DNA from: the human T2T-CHM13v2.0 reference genome, Homo sapiens
DNA length: 64,000 nucleotides
Assembly (NCBI RefSeq): GCF_009914755.1
Contig: NC_060926.1
Strand: one strand, 5' to 3'
The position numbers were made by a program, and so were the translations under genes. The notes under the pieces were generated by a model. The model was not told where the DNA came from and searched no databases. It worked only from the letters and a program-made list of their open reading frames with translations. Shown piece after piece: positions 14,205 through 30,536 of the stretch (positions within the stretch are counted from its first letter, which is position 1; each line of letters opens with the position of its first letter).

Positions 14205-15015
14205 ATGGGGAAAAAACAGAGCAGAAAAGCTGAAAATTCTAAAAATCAGAGCGACTCTCCCCCTCTGAAGGAATGCAGCTCCTGGCCAGCAATGGAACAA
14301 AGTTGGAAGGAGAATGACTTTGACGAGTTGAGAGAAGAAGGCTTCAGACAATCAAACTTCTCTGAGCTAAAGGAGGAAGTTTGAACTCAAAGCAAAGGAG
14401 CTAAAAAACTTGAAAAAAGATTAGAAAAATGGATAACTAGAATAACCAGTGTAGAGAAGTCCTTAAATGACCTGATGGAGCTGAAAACCATGGCACGAGA
14501 ACTACGTGACGAATGCACAAGCTTCAGTAGCCGATTCAATCAACTGGAAGGAGGCATATCAGTGATTGAAGATCAAATGAATGAAATGAAGTGAGAAGAG
14601 AAGTTTAGAGAAAAAAGAGTAAAAAGAAGTGAACAAAGCCTCCAAGAAATATGGGACTATGTGAAAAGACCAAATCTAGGTCTGACTGGTGTACCTGAAA
14701 GTGACAGGGAGAATGGAACCAAGTTGGAAAACACTCTGCAGGATATTATCCAGGAGAACTTCCCCAACATAGCAAGGCAGGCCAACATTCAAATTCAGGA
14801 AATACAGAGAACACCACAAAGATACTCCTCGAGAAGAGCAACTCCAAGACACATAATTGTCAGATTCCCCAAAGTTGAAATGAAGGAAAAAATGTTAAGG
14901 GCAGCCAGAGAGAAAGGTCGGGTTACCCACAAAGGGAAACCCATCAGACTAACGGCGGATCTCTCGGCAGAAACTCTACAAGCCAGAAGAGAGTGGGGCC
15001 CAATATTCAACATTC

Positions 15016-15762
15016 TTTTTTTTTTTAATATACACCACATTTTCTTTATTCATTTGTTGATAGACACTTAAGTTGATTCCATATTTTAGCCATATTGAAT
15101 AGTGTTGTGGTTAACATGGAGGTGCAGGTGTCTTTTTAATGTAATGATTTCCTTTCCTTTGGATAAATTCCCAGAAGTGGGATTGCTGGATCATAGGTAA
15201 TTCTATTTTTAGTTTTTTGAGAAACCTTCATACTGTTTTCCATAATGGCTGTACTAATTTACAATCTCACCACCAGTGTATAAGAGTTCCCTTTTCTCTG
15301 CAACCTTGCCAGCATTTGTTATTTTTTGTCTTTTTTTTTTTTTTTTAGATGGGCTCTTGCTCTCACCCAGTCTGGAGGGCAGTGGCACAATCAATCTCAG
15401 CACACTGCAACCTCTGCCTCCCAGGTTCAAGAGATTCTCTTGCCTCAGCCTCCCAAGTAGCTGGGATTACAGGTGCATGCCACCATACTCAGCTAATTTT
15501 TGTATTTTTAGTAGAGATAGGGTTTCACTGTGTCGGCCAGGCTGGTCTCCAACTTGTGACCTCAACTGATGCACCTGCCCTGGCCTCCCAAAGTGCTGGG
15601 ATTACAAGCGTGAGCCACCAAGCCTGGCCTATTTTTTGTCTTTTTGACAATAGTATTTTAATTGGGGTGAGATTATATTTCATTATGGTTTTGATTTGCA
15701 TTTTTCTGATGATTACTGATGTTGAGCTTTTTTTACATACCTGTTGCCTATTTGTCGTCTTC
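15016..15762 (-). other. SVA 3'-transduced segment (old L1 fragment plus AluS) ending in a second poly(A)
   Basis: Lies between the SVA poly(A) (T run 15763-15787) and a second T run (15016-15026). Minus-strand AATAAA at 15045-15050 is 18 nt upstream of that tail. Confidence 0.85.
15331..15629 (-). mobile_element. AluS within the transduced segment
   Basis: Antisense Alu with its own TSD tattttttgtcttt at 15320 and 15630. Confidence 0.95.
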
Positions 15763-17866
15763 TTTTTTTTTTTTTTTTTTTTTTTTTAGTATTTATTGAT
15801 CATTCTTGGGTGTTTCTTGGAGGGGGATGTGGCAGGGTCATAGGATAATAGTGGAGAGAAGGTCAGCAGATAAACACGTGAACAAAGGTCTCTGGTTTTC
15901 CTAGGCAGAGGTCCCTGTGGCCTTCCACAGTGTTTGTGTCCCTGGGTACTTGAGATTAGGGAGTGGTGATGACTCTTAAGGAGCATGCTGCCTTCAAGCA
16001 TCTGTTTAACAAAGCACATCTTGCACCACCCTTAATCCATTTAACCCTGAGTTGACACAGCACATGTTTCAGAGAGCACGGGGTTGGGGGTAAGGTTATA
16101 GATTAACAGCATCCCAAGGCAGAAGAATTTTTCTTAGTACAGAACAAAATGGAGTCACCTATGTCTACTTCTTTCTACACAGACACGGTAACAATCTGAT
16201 CTCTCTTTCTTTTCCCCACATTTCCCCCTTTTCTTTTCAATAAAACCGCCATCGTCATCATGGCCCATTCTCAATGGTCGCTGTCTCTTTGGAGCTGTTG
16301 GATACACCTCCCAGATGGGGCAGCTGGGCAGAGGCGCTCCTCACTTCCCAGATGGGGTGGCTGGGCAGAGGCGCTCCTCACATCCCAGACGATGGGTGGC
16401 TGGGCAGAGGCGCTCCTCACTTCCCAGATGATGGGCAGGCTGGCAGAGACGCTCCTCACTTCCCAGATGGGGCAGCTGGGCAGAGGCGCTCCCCATTTCC
16501 CAGATGATGGGCAGCCAGGCAGAGGCGCTCCTCACCTCCCAGATGGGGCGGCCGGGCAGCGGTGCTCCTCACCTCCCAGACAGGGTGGCAGGGCAGAGGC
16601 GGTCCTCACCTCCCAGACGGGGCGGCTGGGCAGAGGTGCTCCTCACCTCCCAGATGGGGCGGCCGGGCAGAGGCCCTCCTCACTTCCCAGACGATGGGCA
16701 GCCAGGCAGAGGCGCTCCTCACCTCCCAGATGGGGCAGCTGGGCAGAGGCGCTCCTCACTTCCCAGACAGGGCAGCTGGGCAGAGGCGCTCCCCACTTCC
16801 CAGATGGGGCGGCCGGGCAGAGGTGCTCCTCACCTCCCAGATGGGGCAGCTGCCGGGCAGAGACGCTCCTCACCTCCCAGACAGGGCGGCTGCCGGGCAG
16901 AGGCACTCCTCAGTTCCCAGATGGGGTGGCCGGGCAGAGGCGCTCCTCAGTTCCCAGATGGGGCAGCTGGGCAGAGGTGCTTCTCACCTCCCAAACGGGG
17001 TGGCGGCCGGGCAGAGGCACTCCTCACATCCCAGATGGGGCGGCCAGGCAGAGGCGCTCCTCACTTCCCATTCGGGGCAGCTGGGCAGAGGTGCCCCTCA
17101 CTTCCCAGATGGGGCGGCCAGGTAGAGGCGCTCCTCACTTCCCATTTGGGGCAGCCAGGCAGAGGTGCTCCTCACTTCCTAGACGGGGCGGCAAGGCAGA
17201 GATGCTCCTCACATCCCACACCGGGTGGTGGCCGGGCAGAGGCGCTCCTCATTTCCCAGACGGGGTGGCAGCTGGGCAGAGGCACTCCTCACTTCTCCCA
17301 GACAGGGCGGCCAGGCAGAGGCGCTCCTCACTTCCCAGATGGGGCAGCCAGGCAGAGGTGCTCCTCACATCCCAAATGATGGGTGGCCAGGCAGAGACGC
17401 TCCTCACTTTCTAGATGGGGTGGCGGCTGGGCAGAGGCGCTCCTCACTTCCCAGATGATGGGTGACCAGGCAGAGATGCTGCTCACTTCCTAGACGGGGT
17501 GGCGGGCGGGCAGAGGCTGTAATCTTAGCACTTTGGGAGGCCAAGGCAGGAGGCTGGGAGGTGGAGGTTGTAGCGAGCCAAGATCACGCCTCTGCACTCC
17601 AGCCTTGGCAACATTGAGCATTAAGTGAGCAAGACTCCGTTTGCAATCCCAGCACCTCAGGAGGCCGAGGTGGGCAGATCACCTGAGGCCAGGAGCTGGA
17701 GACCAGCCCGGTCAACACAGCAAAACCCCATCTCCACCAAAAATACAAAAACCAGTCAGGAGTGGCAGCGCCTGCCTGGAATCCCAGGCACTCGGCAGGC
17801 TGAGGCAGGAGAATCACGGGAGCCCGAAGCAGGGAGGTTGCAGCGAGCCAAGATCACGGCAGTACA
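15763..17866 (-). mobile_element. SVA retrotransposon (SVA_A-like), 5'-truncated in the Alu-like domain (no CCCTCT hexamer)
   Basis: SINE-R 15788-~16300 (gtatttattgatcattcttgggtgtttc...), GC-rich VNTR ~16305-17510, Alu-like domain ~17510-17866. 'ggtcgctgtctctttggagctg' and the CpG-decayed VNTR suggest an old subfamily. Confidence 0.95.
16305..17510 (-). repeat. SVA VNTR, ~37-50-bp GC-rich units
   Basis: Repeated ggcagaggcgctcctcacttcccagatgggg. Confidence 0.95.
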
Positions 17867-18084
17867 GCTTCAGAAGTGAAGGAGAAATAAAATACTTTAC
17901 AGACAGGCAAATGCTGAAAGATTTTGTCACCTCCAGGCTTGCCCTACAAGAGCTTCTGAAGGAAGCACTAAACATGGAAAGGAACAACCAGTACCAGCCA
18001 CTGCAAAAACATGACAAATTATAAAGATCGATGCTAGGAAGAAACTGCATCAACTAACGAGCAAAATAACCAGCTAACATCATA

Positions 18085-21790
<3,706 letters not shown>

Positions 21791-22174
21791 GACATGGATG
21801 AAGCTGGAAACCATCATTCTCAGCAAACTATTGCAAGAACAAAAAACCAAACACCTCATGTTCTCACTCATAGGTGGGAATTGAACAATGAGAACACTTG
21901 GACACAGGAAGGAGAACATCACATACCAGGGCCTGTTGTGCGGTGGGGGGAGTGGGGAGGGGGGAGGGAAAGCATTAGGAGATATACCTAACGGAAATGA
22001 CGAGTTAATGGGTGCAGCATGCCAACATGGGAGATGTATACATATGTAACAAACCTGCACATTGTGCACATGTACCCTAGAACTTAAAGTATAATAAAAA
22101 AATAAAACAAACAAACAAACAAACAAACAAAGAAATTTGTGAATGTACTCCTAAATAACTCATGGAATATTATG

Positions 22175-22532
22175 TGCTATGGTCTGAATGTTTGTGTCTC
22201 CCAAAATTCATATGTTAAAATTCTAACCCTTGAGATGATGATATTATGAGGCAGGCCTTTTGGGAGGTGAATAGGTCATGAAGGTGGGGCTATTCTCAAT
22301 GATTAGTGTTCTTATAAAAGAGGCTTAAAGAGATCCCTTGCCTTTTCCACCATGTGAGGATGGAATGAGAAAATGCTGTCTATTAACTAGAAAGTTGCTC
22401 TTCACCAGACAGACACTAAATCTGCCAGCACCCTGTACTTGAATTTCCCTGTCCTCAGAACAAAGATATACGTTTTTGTTATTTACAAGCTCTCCAGTCT
22501 GATATGTTGGTATATCTCAAATGTACTAAAAC
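22175..22532 (+). mobile_element. MaLR solo LTR (MLT1A-like)
   Basis: tgctatggtctgaatgtttgtgtctcccaaaattcatatgtt...catgtgagga...actaaaaca. Confidence 0.8.
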
Positions 22533-22867
22533 ATCACAAATGGACTAAGGCAATGAGAAAATCAATATGGACATGAAAATATTGAGCAATAAACCAAAAA
22601 AAATCCTACATAAAATTTCTACAGAATAAACTTAGTTTATTAGTACTAAGCTAAAGCATTAATTAAAGAAAAATGTACAGCCTTAAATTTATTTATTAAG
22701 GGCAGAATTAATGAAAACTCAACAACATATGCATGCAATTTAAGAGGATAGAAAAAGAAAAGTAAGGTAAGTATAGGTAAATAAATAGTAAAGAAATGAT
22801 AATATTAAAAAAATAAAAAAATGAACAAAATTGTATTCTTTGAAAATGTTGAGAAAATTTGACAAAT

Positions 22868-23700
22868 TATTTTTATAAATTTCCATTTTAGTTTTAGATT
22901 CAGGGTGTATGTGTGCAGGATTTTTACAAGGATATACTGCATAATGCTGGGGTTTGGGCTTCAATTGATCTCATTACCCAGATAGTGAACATAGTACCTA
23001 ATAGGAAGTTTTTCAGTCCTTACCACCCCCCCACCTCCTTTTGGAGTCCCTAGCATTTATTCCCATCTTTATGTTTGTACATACCCCAAATTTAGCTCCC
23101 ACTATAAGTAAGAACATGCAACGTTTGGTTTTCTGTTTCTGCATTAATTCACTCAGAATTATGGCCTCCAGCTGCATCTATGTTGCTGCAAAGGGTGTGA
23201 TTTCATTTTTTTTATGGCTGTGTAGTATTTAATGATATGTATGAACCACATTTTCTTTATCCAGTTCACTGTTGATAGGTATCTATGTTGATTCCATTTC
23301 TGCTATTGTGAATAGTTCTGGCTGGGGTAAGGTGGTATCTCATTGTGGTTTTAATTTGCATTTCCTTGATTAGTGATACGGAACATTTTTTCATGTTCGT
23401 TGGTCATTTGTATATGTATATATTTTTAAGTATCTATTCGTGTCATTTTCCCACTTTTGATGGGATTATCTGTTTTATTCTTGCTGATTTATTTAAGTTC
23501 CTTGTAGATCCTGGATATTAGTCATTTGCTGGATGTGTAGTTTGCATATATTTTCTCCTGCTCTGTGAGTTTTCTGTGTACTCTGATGATTATTTCTTTC
23601 ACTGTGAAGAAGCTTTTTAGTTTAATGAAGTCTCATTAATTTATTTCTGTTTTTGTTGCATTTGCTTTTGGAGTCTGAGTCATACATTATTTGCCTAGCT
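22868..23700 (-). mobile_element. L1PB/L1PA16-like 3' fragment
   Basis: Antisense L1 3' UTR and ORF2 end. Confidence 0.8.
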
Positions 23701-24960
23701 TTCTTTCTTATCTAAGTTGTTTTGAGTTTTCAGTCTTGCATGATTCTGTATATATTTTATGTTATTTTATTATATTTTGGTGAAAATGTCATTGGAATTT
23801 TAATAGTGACTCCATTTGATCTTTAAATCACGTTGAGTATTATAGACATTTTTAGTAATTTTATTTATTCCAATTCATGAACACAGGATTATCTTTCCAT
23901 TTATTTGTAACTTCAATTTCTTTTATCAGTGTCTTATAGTTTTGGTCATGTAGAATTTTTACCTTCCTCATTAAGTTTATTCCTATCTATTTTATTATTT
24001 TGATAGTCAGATAAGTAGAATTGTTTATTTTTCTGTTTTGGGGGTAGTTCATTGTTAGTGTATGAAAAGTAAGTGATTTAGATATGTTGATTTTGTTTTA
24101 CAACTTTACAGCATTTTTGTCTTCTTTACTTTCTTTGGTAGATTCTTTAAGACTTTCTATATATAAGACTGTCAGCTGAAAACAGTCAATTTTACTCTTT
24201 CTGATTTGGCTAATATTTGTGATGTTTTGTAACCTAATTGCTCTATAATTTTGGTACTATGTTGAATACAAATCATAAAGATGGGCATTCTTGTTCCTAA
24301 TCTTAGGGAAAAGATTTTCTTCTTTTCACCAGTAAGTATGATGTTAGCTATCGGCTTTTCATATGTAATCTTTATTATATTGAAGCACATACCTAATTTG
24401 TTGAGAGTTTTTATTATGAAAGGATGTGGTTTGTCAAATGCTTTTTCTACCTCTATTGAGTTGACTATATCCAAAGTTTGTCCATCATACTGTTAATGTG
24501 GTCTATCACATTTATTTGTTTGCAAATGTTGAATCATTCTTGCATTGTCCTGTATAAAAACCACTGGCTCATATTGTGTGATCCTTTTGTTGAATGCGGT
24601 TTGTGTTTGTATTTTTTTCAGGATATTTGCATCTATTTTCCTCAGGGATATTGGCCCGTAATTCTTTCTTTCTTTCTTATAGTGCCCTTCTCAGGCTTAG
24701 TTATCAAGGTAATAGTGGACACATAGAATAATTTTGTAAGTGTTCCCTCCTTTTCTATTTACTTGGAAGAGTTTGAGAAAGATTGCCATTAATTTTTCTT
24801 TGAATGTTGGGTAGTATTTAATGACAAAACCATCAGGTCCTGGGCTTTTCTTTGCTGGGAGACTTTTAATTATTGATTCAGTTTTCTTAGTTGTTATTAG
24901 TCTATTGGGATTTTGTATAACTATATGATTCAGTATTTGTAGGTTATATGTTTCTCCATA

Positions 24961-25296
24961 TTTACGTGGCCAAGAAACATACGAAAAAAAGCTCAAGATC
25001 ACTAATCATCAGAGAAATGCAAATCAAAATCGCAATGAGATACCATCTCATGCCAGTCAGAATGGCGATTATTAAAAAGAGAGGAAACGATAGAAGCTGT
25101 GCATCTATTGCACAGCTGTGCAAATAGGCTGTGGAGAAATAGGAATGCTTTTACACTGCTGGTGGTAATGTAAATTAGTTCAACCATTGTGGAAGACAGT
25201 ATGGTGATTCCTCAAGGATCTAGAACCAGAAATACCATTTGACCCAGCAATCACATTACTGGGTATACATCCAAAGGAATATAAATCATTCCACTA
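24961..25296 (+). mobile_element. Internal L1PA ORF2 C-terminal fragment with no poly(A) or TSD
   Basis: cactaatcatcagagaaatgcaaatcaaaa...gaaataccatttgacccagcaatc. Confidence 0.85.
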
Positions 25297-27990
25297 AAAT
25301 GAAAGGACACTAACAACATAAAAGTGTATAAAAGTCTAAAACTCATTGGTAATGGTAAATATATAGCCAAATCGAGACTACTGTAATACTGTAAGAGTGC
25401 TTGTTGCAAAATCACTTAACTCCAGTATAAATGTTATAAGATAAAAAATATTTAAAATAACAGAAACTCTAATGATTTGTTAATGCATACATAATACATA
25501 AAAGATGTAAGTTTTGACATCAATAACATAAATTGTCAGAGGAGGAGACATTAAAGAGGAGAATTTTTGTATGCAGTCAGAGAAGTTGTTAAGATAAGTT
25601 GTTGTCTGATTAAAACAGACTGTAATGATTATAAGATGTTTGATGCAAACCTCATGGTAATAACAAAGAAAAAAACCTGTCGTAGATACACAAAAAATAA
25701 AGAGAAAGAAAGCAGGTCTATCACCACTGGAAAAAATCATCAAACCACAAATGAAGATAGTAAGAGAGATATATTAATATTTTCTATTTTTCTTCTTAGC
25801 TCTATTTCATTTACATCAGCTCTGTTCTTTATTATTTTCTTCTGCTAAATTTGGGCTTAGTTTTAATTTTGTAATTTCTTGTCATGTTCAGTTAGGTTGC
25901 TTATATGAAGTGTTTTTCTTTTATGGAGAGATTTATCACTGTAAAGACCCCGGTTAGAATGATTGGTGCATCCTGTCAGTTTTTCAGTTTTGTGTTTTCA
26001 TTCCCATTTGTCTCAAGATATGTTTTGATTTTTCTTTTGATTTCTTGTTTCATGCACTTGTTTTTCAGCAGGTGTTGTTTGATTTCTAGATATTTGTGAA
26101 TATTTCAGTTTTCCTCCTGTTATTGATTTATAATTTCCTATCATTGCGGTTGGAAATGATACTTACTATTTCAATATTCTTAAATTTGTTTAAACTTCTA
26201 TTTTGGCCTAGCATATGATCTATCGTAGAGACAGTTCTATGTGCACTTGAAAATAATGCACTTGAAAGTAATGCATATTGTGCTCCTGTTGAGTGGAGTG
26301 TTCTGTATATGTCTGTCAGGTATTTGGGCTATAGAGTTATTCAAGTCTGCTGTTTTCTTATTTATTCTCTTCTGGGTGATCTATCTATTGTTAAAAGTTA
26401 GGTTTTGAAATCCCCTACTATTACTCTATTTCTCTATTACTGTCTATTTTTTCTTTTAGTTTTTTAAAATATTTGCGTTTTATATTTAGGTGCTCCAATG
26501 TTGAGTGATACTATTTTTTTAATCCACTTAGCAACTCTATCTTTTGATTGAAGAATTAATCTATTTATCTTTAACTATTGATATTCTTATAATTTTGTTG
26601 TTTTCTGCCTGTCTTATAGTTTATTTGTTCCTTTTTTCTTTTCTTATTATCTTCATTTATGGTTTGATGATTGTTTTCAATGGTGATAGACCTGCTTTCT
26701 TTCTCGTTATCTTTTGTGTATCTACAACAGGTTTTTTTCTTCGTTGTTACCACGAGGTTTATTTCAAACATCTTAAAATTATTATAGTCTATTTTAATCT
26801 GATAGCAACTTACCTGACTGCATAAAAAAATTCTCCTTTTTAAACTTCTCCTTCTCTGACAATTTATGTTATTGATGTCAAAACTTACATGTTTTATGTA
26901 TTATATATGCATTGACAAATTATTATAGTTTGTTATTTTAAATATTTTTATGTGATAACATTTATACTGGAAGTGATTTTGCAACAAGCACTCTCATAGT
27001 ATTACAGTAGTCTGGATTTGGCTATATGTTTACCATTACCAGTGAGTTTTAGACTTTTATATGCTTTTATGTTGTTAATGTCCTTTTATTTCAGCTTGAG
27101 AAACTACCTTTAACATTTCTGATAATGCAGATCTAGTGGTGACAAACTCCCTCAGCTTTTGTTTGTGTGAGAAATTATTTATTCATCCATTTTCAAGGAT
27201 AGCCTTGCTGGGTATAGGATTGTTGGTTGACAGACATTTTTTTTTTTTCTTTTTCAGTACTTTGAATATATCATTTCTTTCTCTCTTGGCCTACAAGGTC
27301 TCTGCTGAGAAATCTGCTGATCCTATAGAGTTTGCTTTGTTTTTGATGAGTTGCTTTTCTTGCTGATACAAAAATTCTTTGTCTTTGACTTTTGGGAATT
27401 TGATTATAATTTGTTTCAGTAATGATATCTTTATATTTAATTTATTTTGGGTTCTCTGAGTTTCATGATTTGGTTGTTAATTTTCCTGTCCAAATTTGGA
27501 AAGTTTTCTGTCAGTATTTTTTAAATAAGTTTTATTTATTTCTCTGCTTCTTCTGGAATTTTTATAATGCATATATTAGTTTAGTTAATAGTGTTACCAA
27601 GCCCTATAGACTTTTAAAACTCTTTTGAATTCTTTCTTCTTTTTGTTTCTGTGACTAGGTTATTTCCAATAACCTGCTTTTTAAGCTTGTTCATTCTTTT
27701 TTCTATTTGACCAAGTCTGCTGTTAAAACTTTCTGTTTAGTTTTAAAGATTTGGTAATTGTGTTTCCCACCTCCAGAATTTCTGTTTGGCTCTTTGTGTG
27801 TTTTCTGTCACTTATTTTTTGAAATTTTCATTTTGTTCACATAGTATTTTCCAATTCCTTTTATCACCTGTTTCTGTTTGTTATTTAATTAATTATTTGT
27901 TTATTTATAGCTCACTGATTTTCCTTAAGACAAATCACTATTTTTTTACAATTGGTTACGAGTGCTTTATTTTGTTACTTTGGTGGTCTC

Positions 27991-28021
<31 letters not shown>

Positions 28022-28030
28022 TGTGTGTGT
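27991..28030. repeat. (TG)n microsatellite
   Basis: About 20 TG units with one interruption. Confidence 0.95.
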
Positions 28031-29641
28031 GAGATTCCTATAGCTTTTTGCTGGCATATATGCATTTGAAGTAGGTACCTTGTTCTGTCTTTACAGACTG
28101 CCTTCAGCAAGGAAAGCTCTTCACCAGTCAACCTATCCAGAGATTTTGTGCAAGCTACCTGGTGGGGTTCATGGGTGAGCTTACTGCTGGAGTCCTTGGG
28201 TAGGTTAGCCTGGTGCCTAGGTCAGGAGTTAGGCAGGCCTGGCACCTAGGTCCACAGGGGCTTGCCTAGTGCCTGGGTCTGCATGAGTGGGCCTGGCTTC
28301 TGTATCAACTGAGTTGGAACTGGAGCCTGGATCTGTGAGAGCTGGCCTAGAGCCTGTATCTAGGTTGGCTGGCCTGCTGCCAGTGGCTGCTAGAACTTAG
28401 AGCTTTTGGAGCCTGAGATTAACCTGGAGCCATAGGGCCTGGCCTTTTGCCTGGGGCTGCAGGGGCCAGTTTGGTACTTGAGTGGGTCTATACCCTGAGT
28501 CTGCATGGGATGACCTGGAATCAGGGGTCATGAGGGCAAGCTTGGTGCTGGAGTAGGCCTAGCACTAGGGTCCACAAAGGCTTTCCTGGAGCCTTGGTCC
28601 GTGGGGACCAGCTGACACCTTTTGAGCAGCCTGACTCTGGGTTGGGCCTGACGATTGGATCTTCAGAGCTGAGTCTGGGGCCTCAGATGCCACCTGACAC
28701 TTTAGGGGTCAGCCTGGCTCTGGGGTCAACCTGGATATTGGGTCTTTAGGGTCAGGCCTGGAACCTTTGTCCATAAGGTCCAGCCTGGCACTGGGTAGGT
28801 CCAGAGCCTGTGTCTATGGTGCTTGGCCTGGTACTTGGGTGGGCCTGTGGCCATGGGGCTTAGCTTGGTGCTGGGGTTTGCTGGGGTCTACTTAGTGATG
28901 GAATCCATAGTGAAGTCAGGTGCTCACTTTCATCTCCATCCCCTATGCAGATATTATCTCTTTTATGCTGCAGTGTGTGGGCTTGGGGGCACAGGGAATA
29001 ATATAAAACTGAGTTTCCTACCCTCTTCAATATATTTCTTTGCTCCACCTATGTGCTCTAATCTCTCACTTAGATCCCTTAGCTCTTGTGGAGGTGATTT
29101 TATATATGATTAATTGTTCAAATTTATGTTTCTGTAAAAAGATAATTGCTGGAAAGTCCTATTCCACTGTCTTGCTGATTATACTCAAATTTTGCTATGG
29201 ATATATGTGTCTATTTCTATACATGTGTCTCTTCCATTGATCTATGTGTCTGTCCCTTTTCTAAAACCATACCACCTTAATTACTATAGAAATAAATCCA
29301 ACTCCAAATTTATAGACTTTTAGAATTTGTAAAGGTTATAAATAATGGAGACAGCTCAATATAAAATGATATTAATTTTACCCAAATTTATCTATTAACA
29401 TTGAAGTTTTAGAAAAATTCTTCATAAGCTGATTCTGAAATTACTATAAAATAGGAAAATAGCAATTAATTAGGAGGATTTACACTACTAGATATTAATA
29501 ATTTAAAGATTATGTTGAATTTGACACAGTGACACAGTGATATTGATACGGGAATAGACAATTGTACTGATGAAACAGAATAGTGAGACCAAAATGTATT
29601 ATTGTAAATATGGTGAAATAATTGACTAACATATTTTCTAG

Positions 29642-30536
29642 TGTTGCCACAGGGCTTAGGTGAGTCTCCAGATGCCATTAAGACCCCAGCCCCAGCCAGT
29701 GTTCTAAATTCCTGACACTGTTGCAAGAAATAATTCAGGGACAAGTCAGAATGAAGTGAAAGGCAAGAAGCTTTTATTGCAAAGCAAAAGTACACACTGA
29801 ACAGTGGGAGTGCAAGCGTCCTCAGGAGAGTGTCTCACAGAGTGGAGTTTGGATTTCTAATGTTACGGGCTCTTCTAATTAGGGGGTGGAATAGCCATGA
29901 GGTTTTCTGGGAAAAAGGTAGATATTTCTTAGAATGGGAGTGCCACCCATTTTTACACTAAGTATGAGCATGCTTGGATGTGTCATGGCGCTGGTGAGTG
30001 TGTGATTTAGTATAATAATGAGTGTATAATTAGATCTGGATAGGGCACAGGCCAAATCCAATTTCAAGTTGGATTTAGCTGGTTTCAACCAACCTAGCCT
30101 CTTTCCTGTTTGTTAGGGTCTTATGAGCCGAGGCTCATCCTTGTCCTTGTAGCTAAATTTAACAGCTCCTTTCTTACTGGTATGTGAAATTACTGCTTGA
30201 TACTCTTCTGCTTCTGTGAACACCTAGTGTTCCTATTTTATAGGAAATTCTATAAAATTCCTATTTTATACTCTTTCTTTAAGTAGGCGATAGAATAATC
30301 ATTAGGTATTCTGAAGAAGGAGGGGATTTCAGGAACCCTCAGTTATCAGCTACTTTCTCTCTCATTTGGGTTTGTCCAGAAAACTCATGGACATGTCACC
30401 CTGACAAGGGTTTTGGCTGTTTTCTCTACCTATTTTGGGTTTTCCGTTATCTTGTAGTTTCTTTGCCTTGTTCTTGTTTTAGCTGTTGGTGGGTTTCTCC
30501 ATCCTCCTGCAACCACTCAGTGTTACTTCTATATCA
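29642..30536 (-). mobile_element. ERV1 solo LTR (MER49-like)
   Basis: TG...CA termini, minus-strand AATAAA (~29773), 4-bp TSD ctag/ctaa; inserted in an old L1M. Confidence 0.7.

Larger units (their letters stand above)
14205..18024 (+). pseudogene. L1 ORF1p, disrupted by nonsense codons and by the SVA insertion
   Basis: ATG at 14205 (MGKKQSRK). ORF 14661.. gives RPNL..ENFPNIARQANIQIQEIQRTPQRY. The C-terminus (SEGEIKYF..LQELLKEALNMERNNQYQPLQKH) resumes at 17866-18024. Confidence 0.93.
23700..29200 (-). mobile_element. Old L1M (L1MA-like): ORF2, inter-ORF, ORF1 and GC-rich tandemly repetitive 5' UTR (~28190-28900); rearranged at 24961-25767
   Basis: ORF 24172..24474 (EKAFDKPHPFIIKTLNKLG), ORF 24697..25002 (KKSPGPDGF); repeated gggcctggagcctgggtc motifs near the 5' end. 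Confidence 0.8.

Noticed and set aside
16260-17458. Long ORFs (384, 291 and 187 aa) in several frames
   Set aside because: These are translations of the stop-poor GC-rich SVA VNTR, giving repetitive peptides rather than a gene.
16305-17510. CRISPR-like repeat array
   Set aside because: The units are contiguous with no unique spacers and there are no cas genes; this is a primate SVA VNTR.
28190-28900. GC-rich degenerate tandem repeat as a novel element
   Set aside because: Its position and motif fit the repetitive 5' UTR of the old L1M element.
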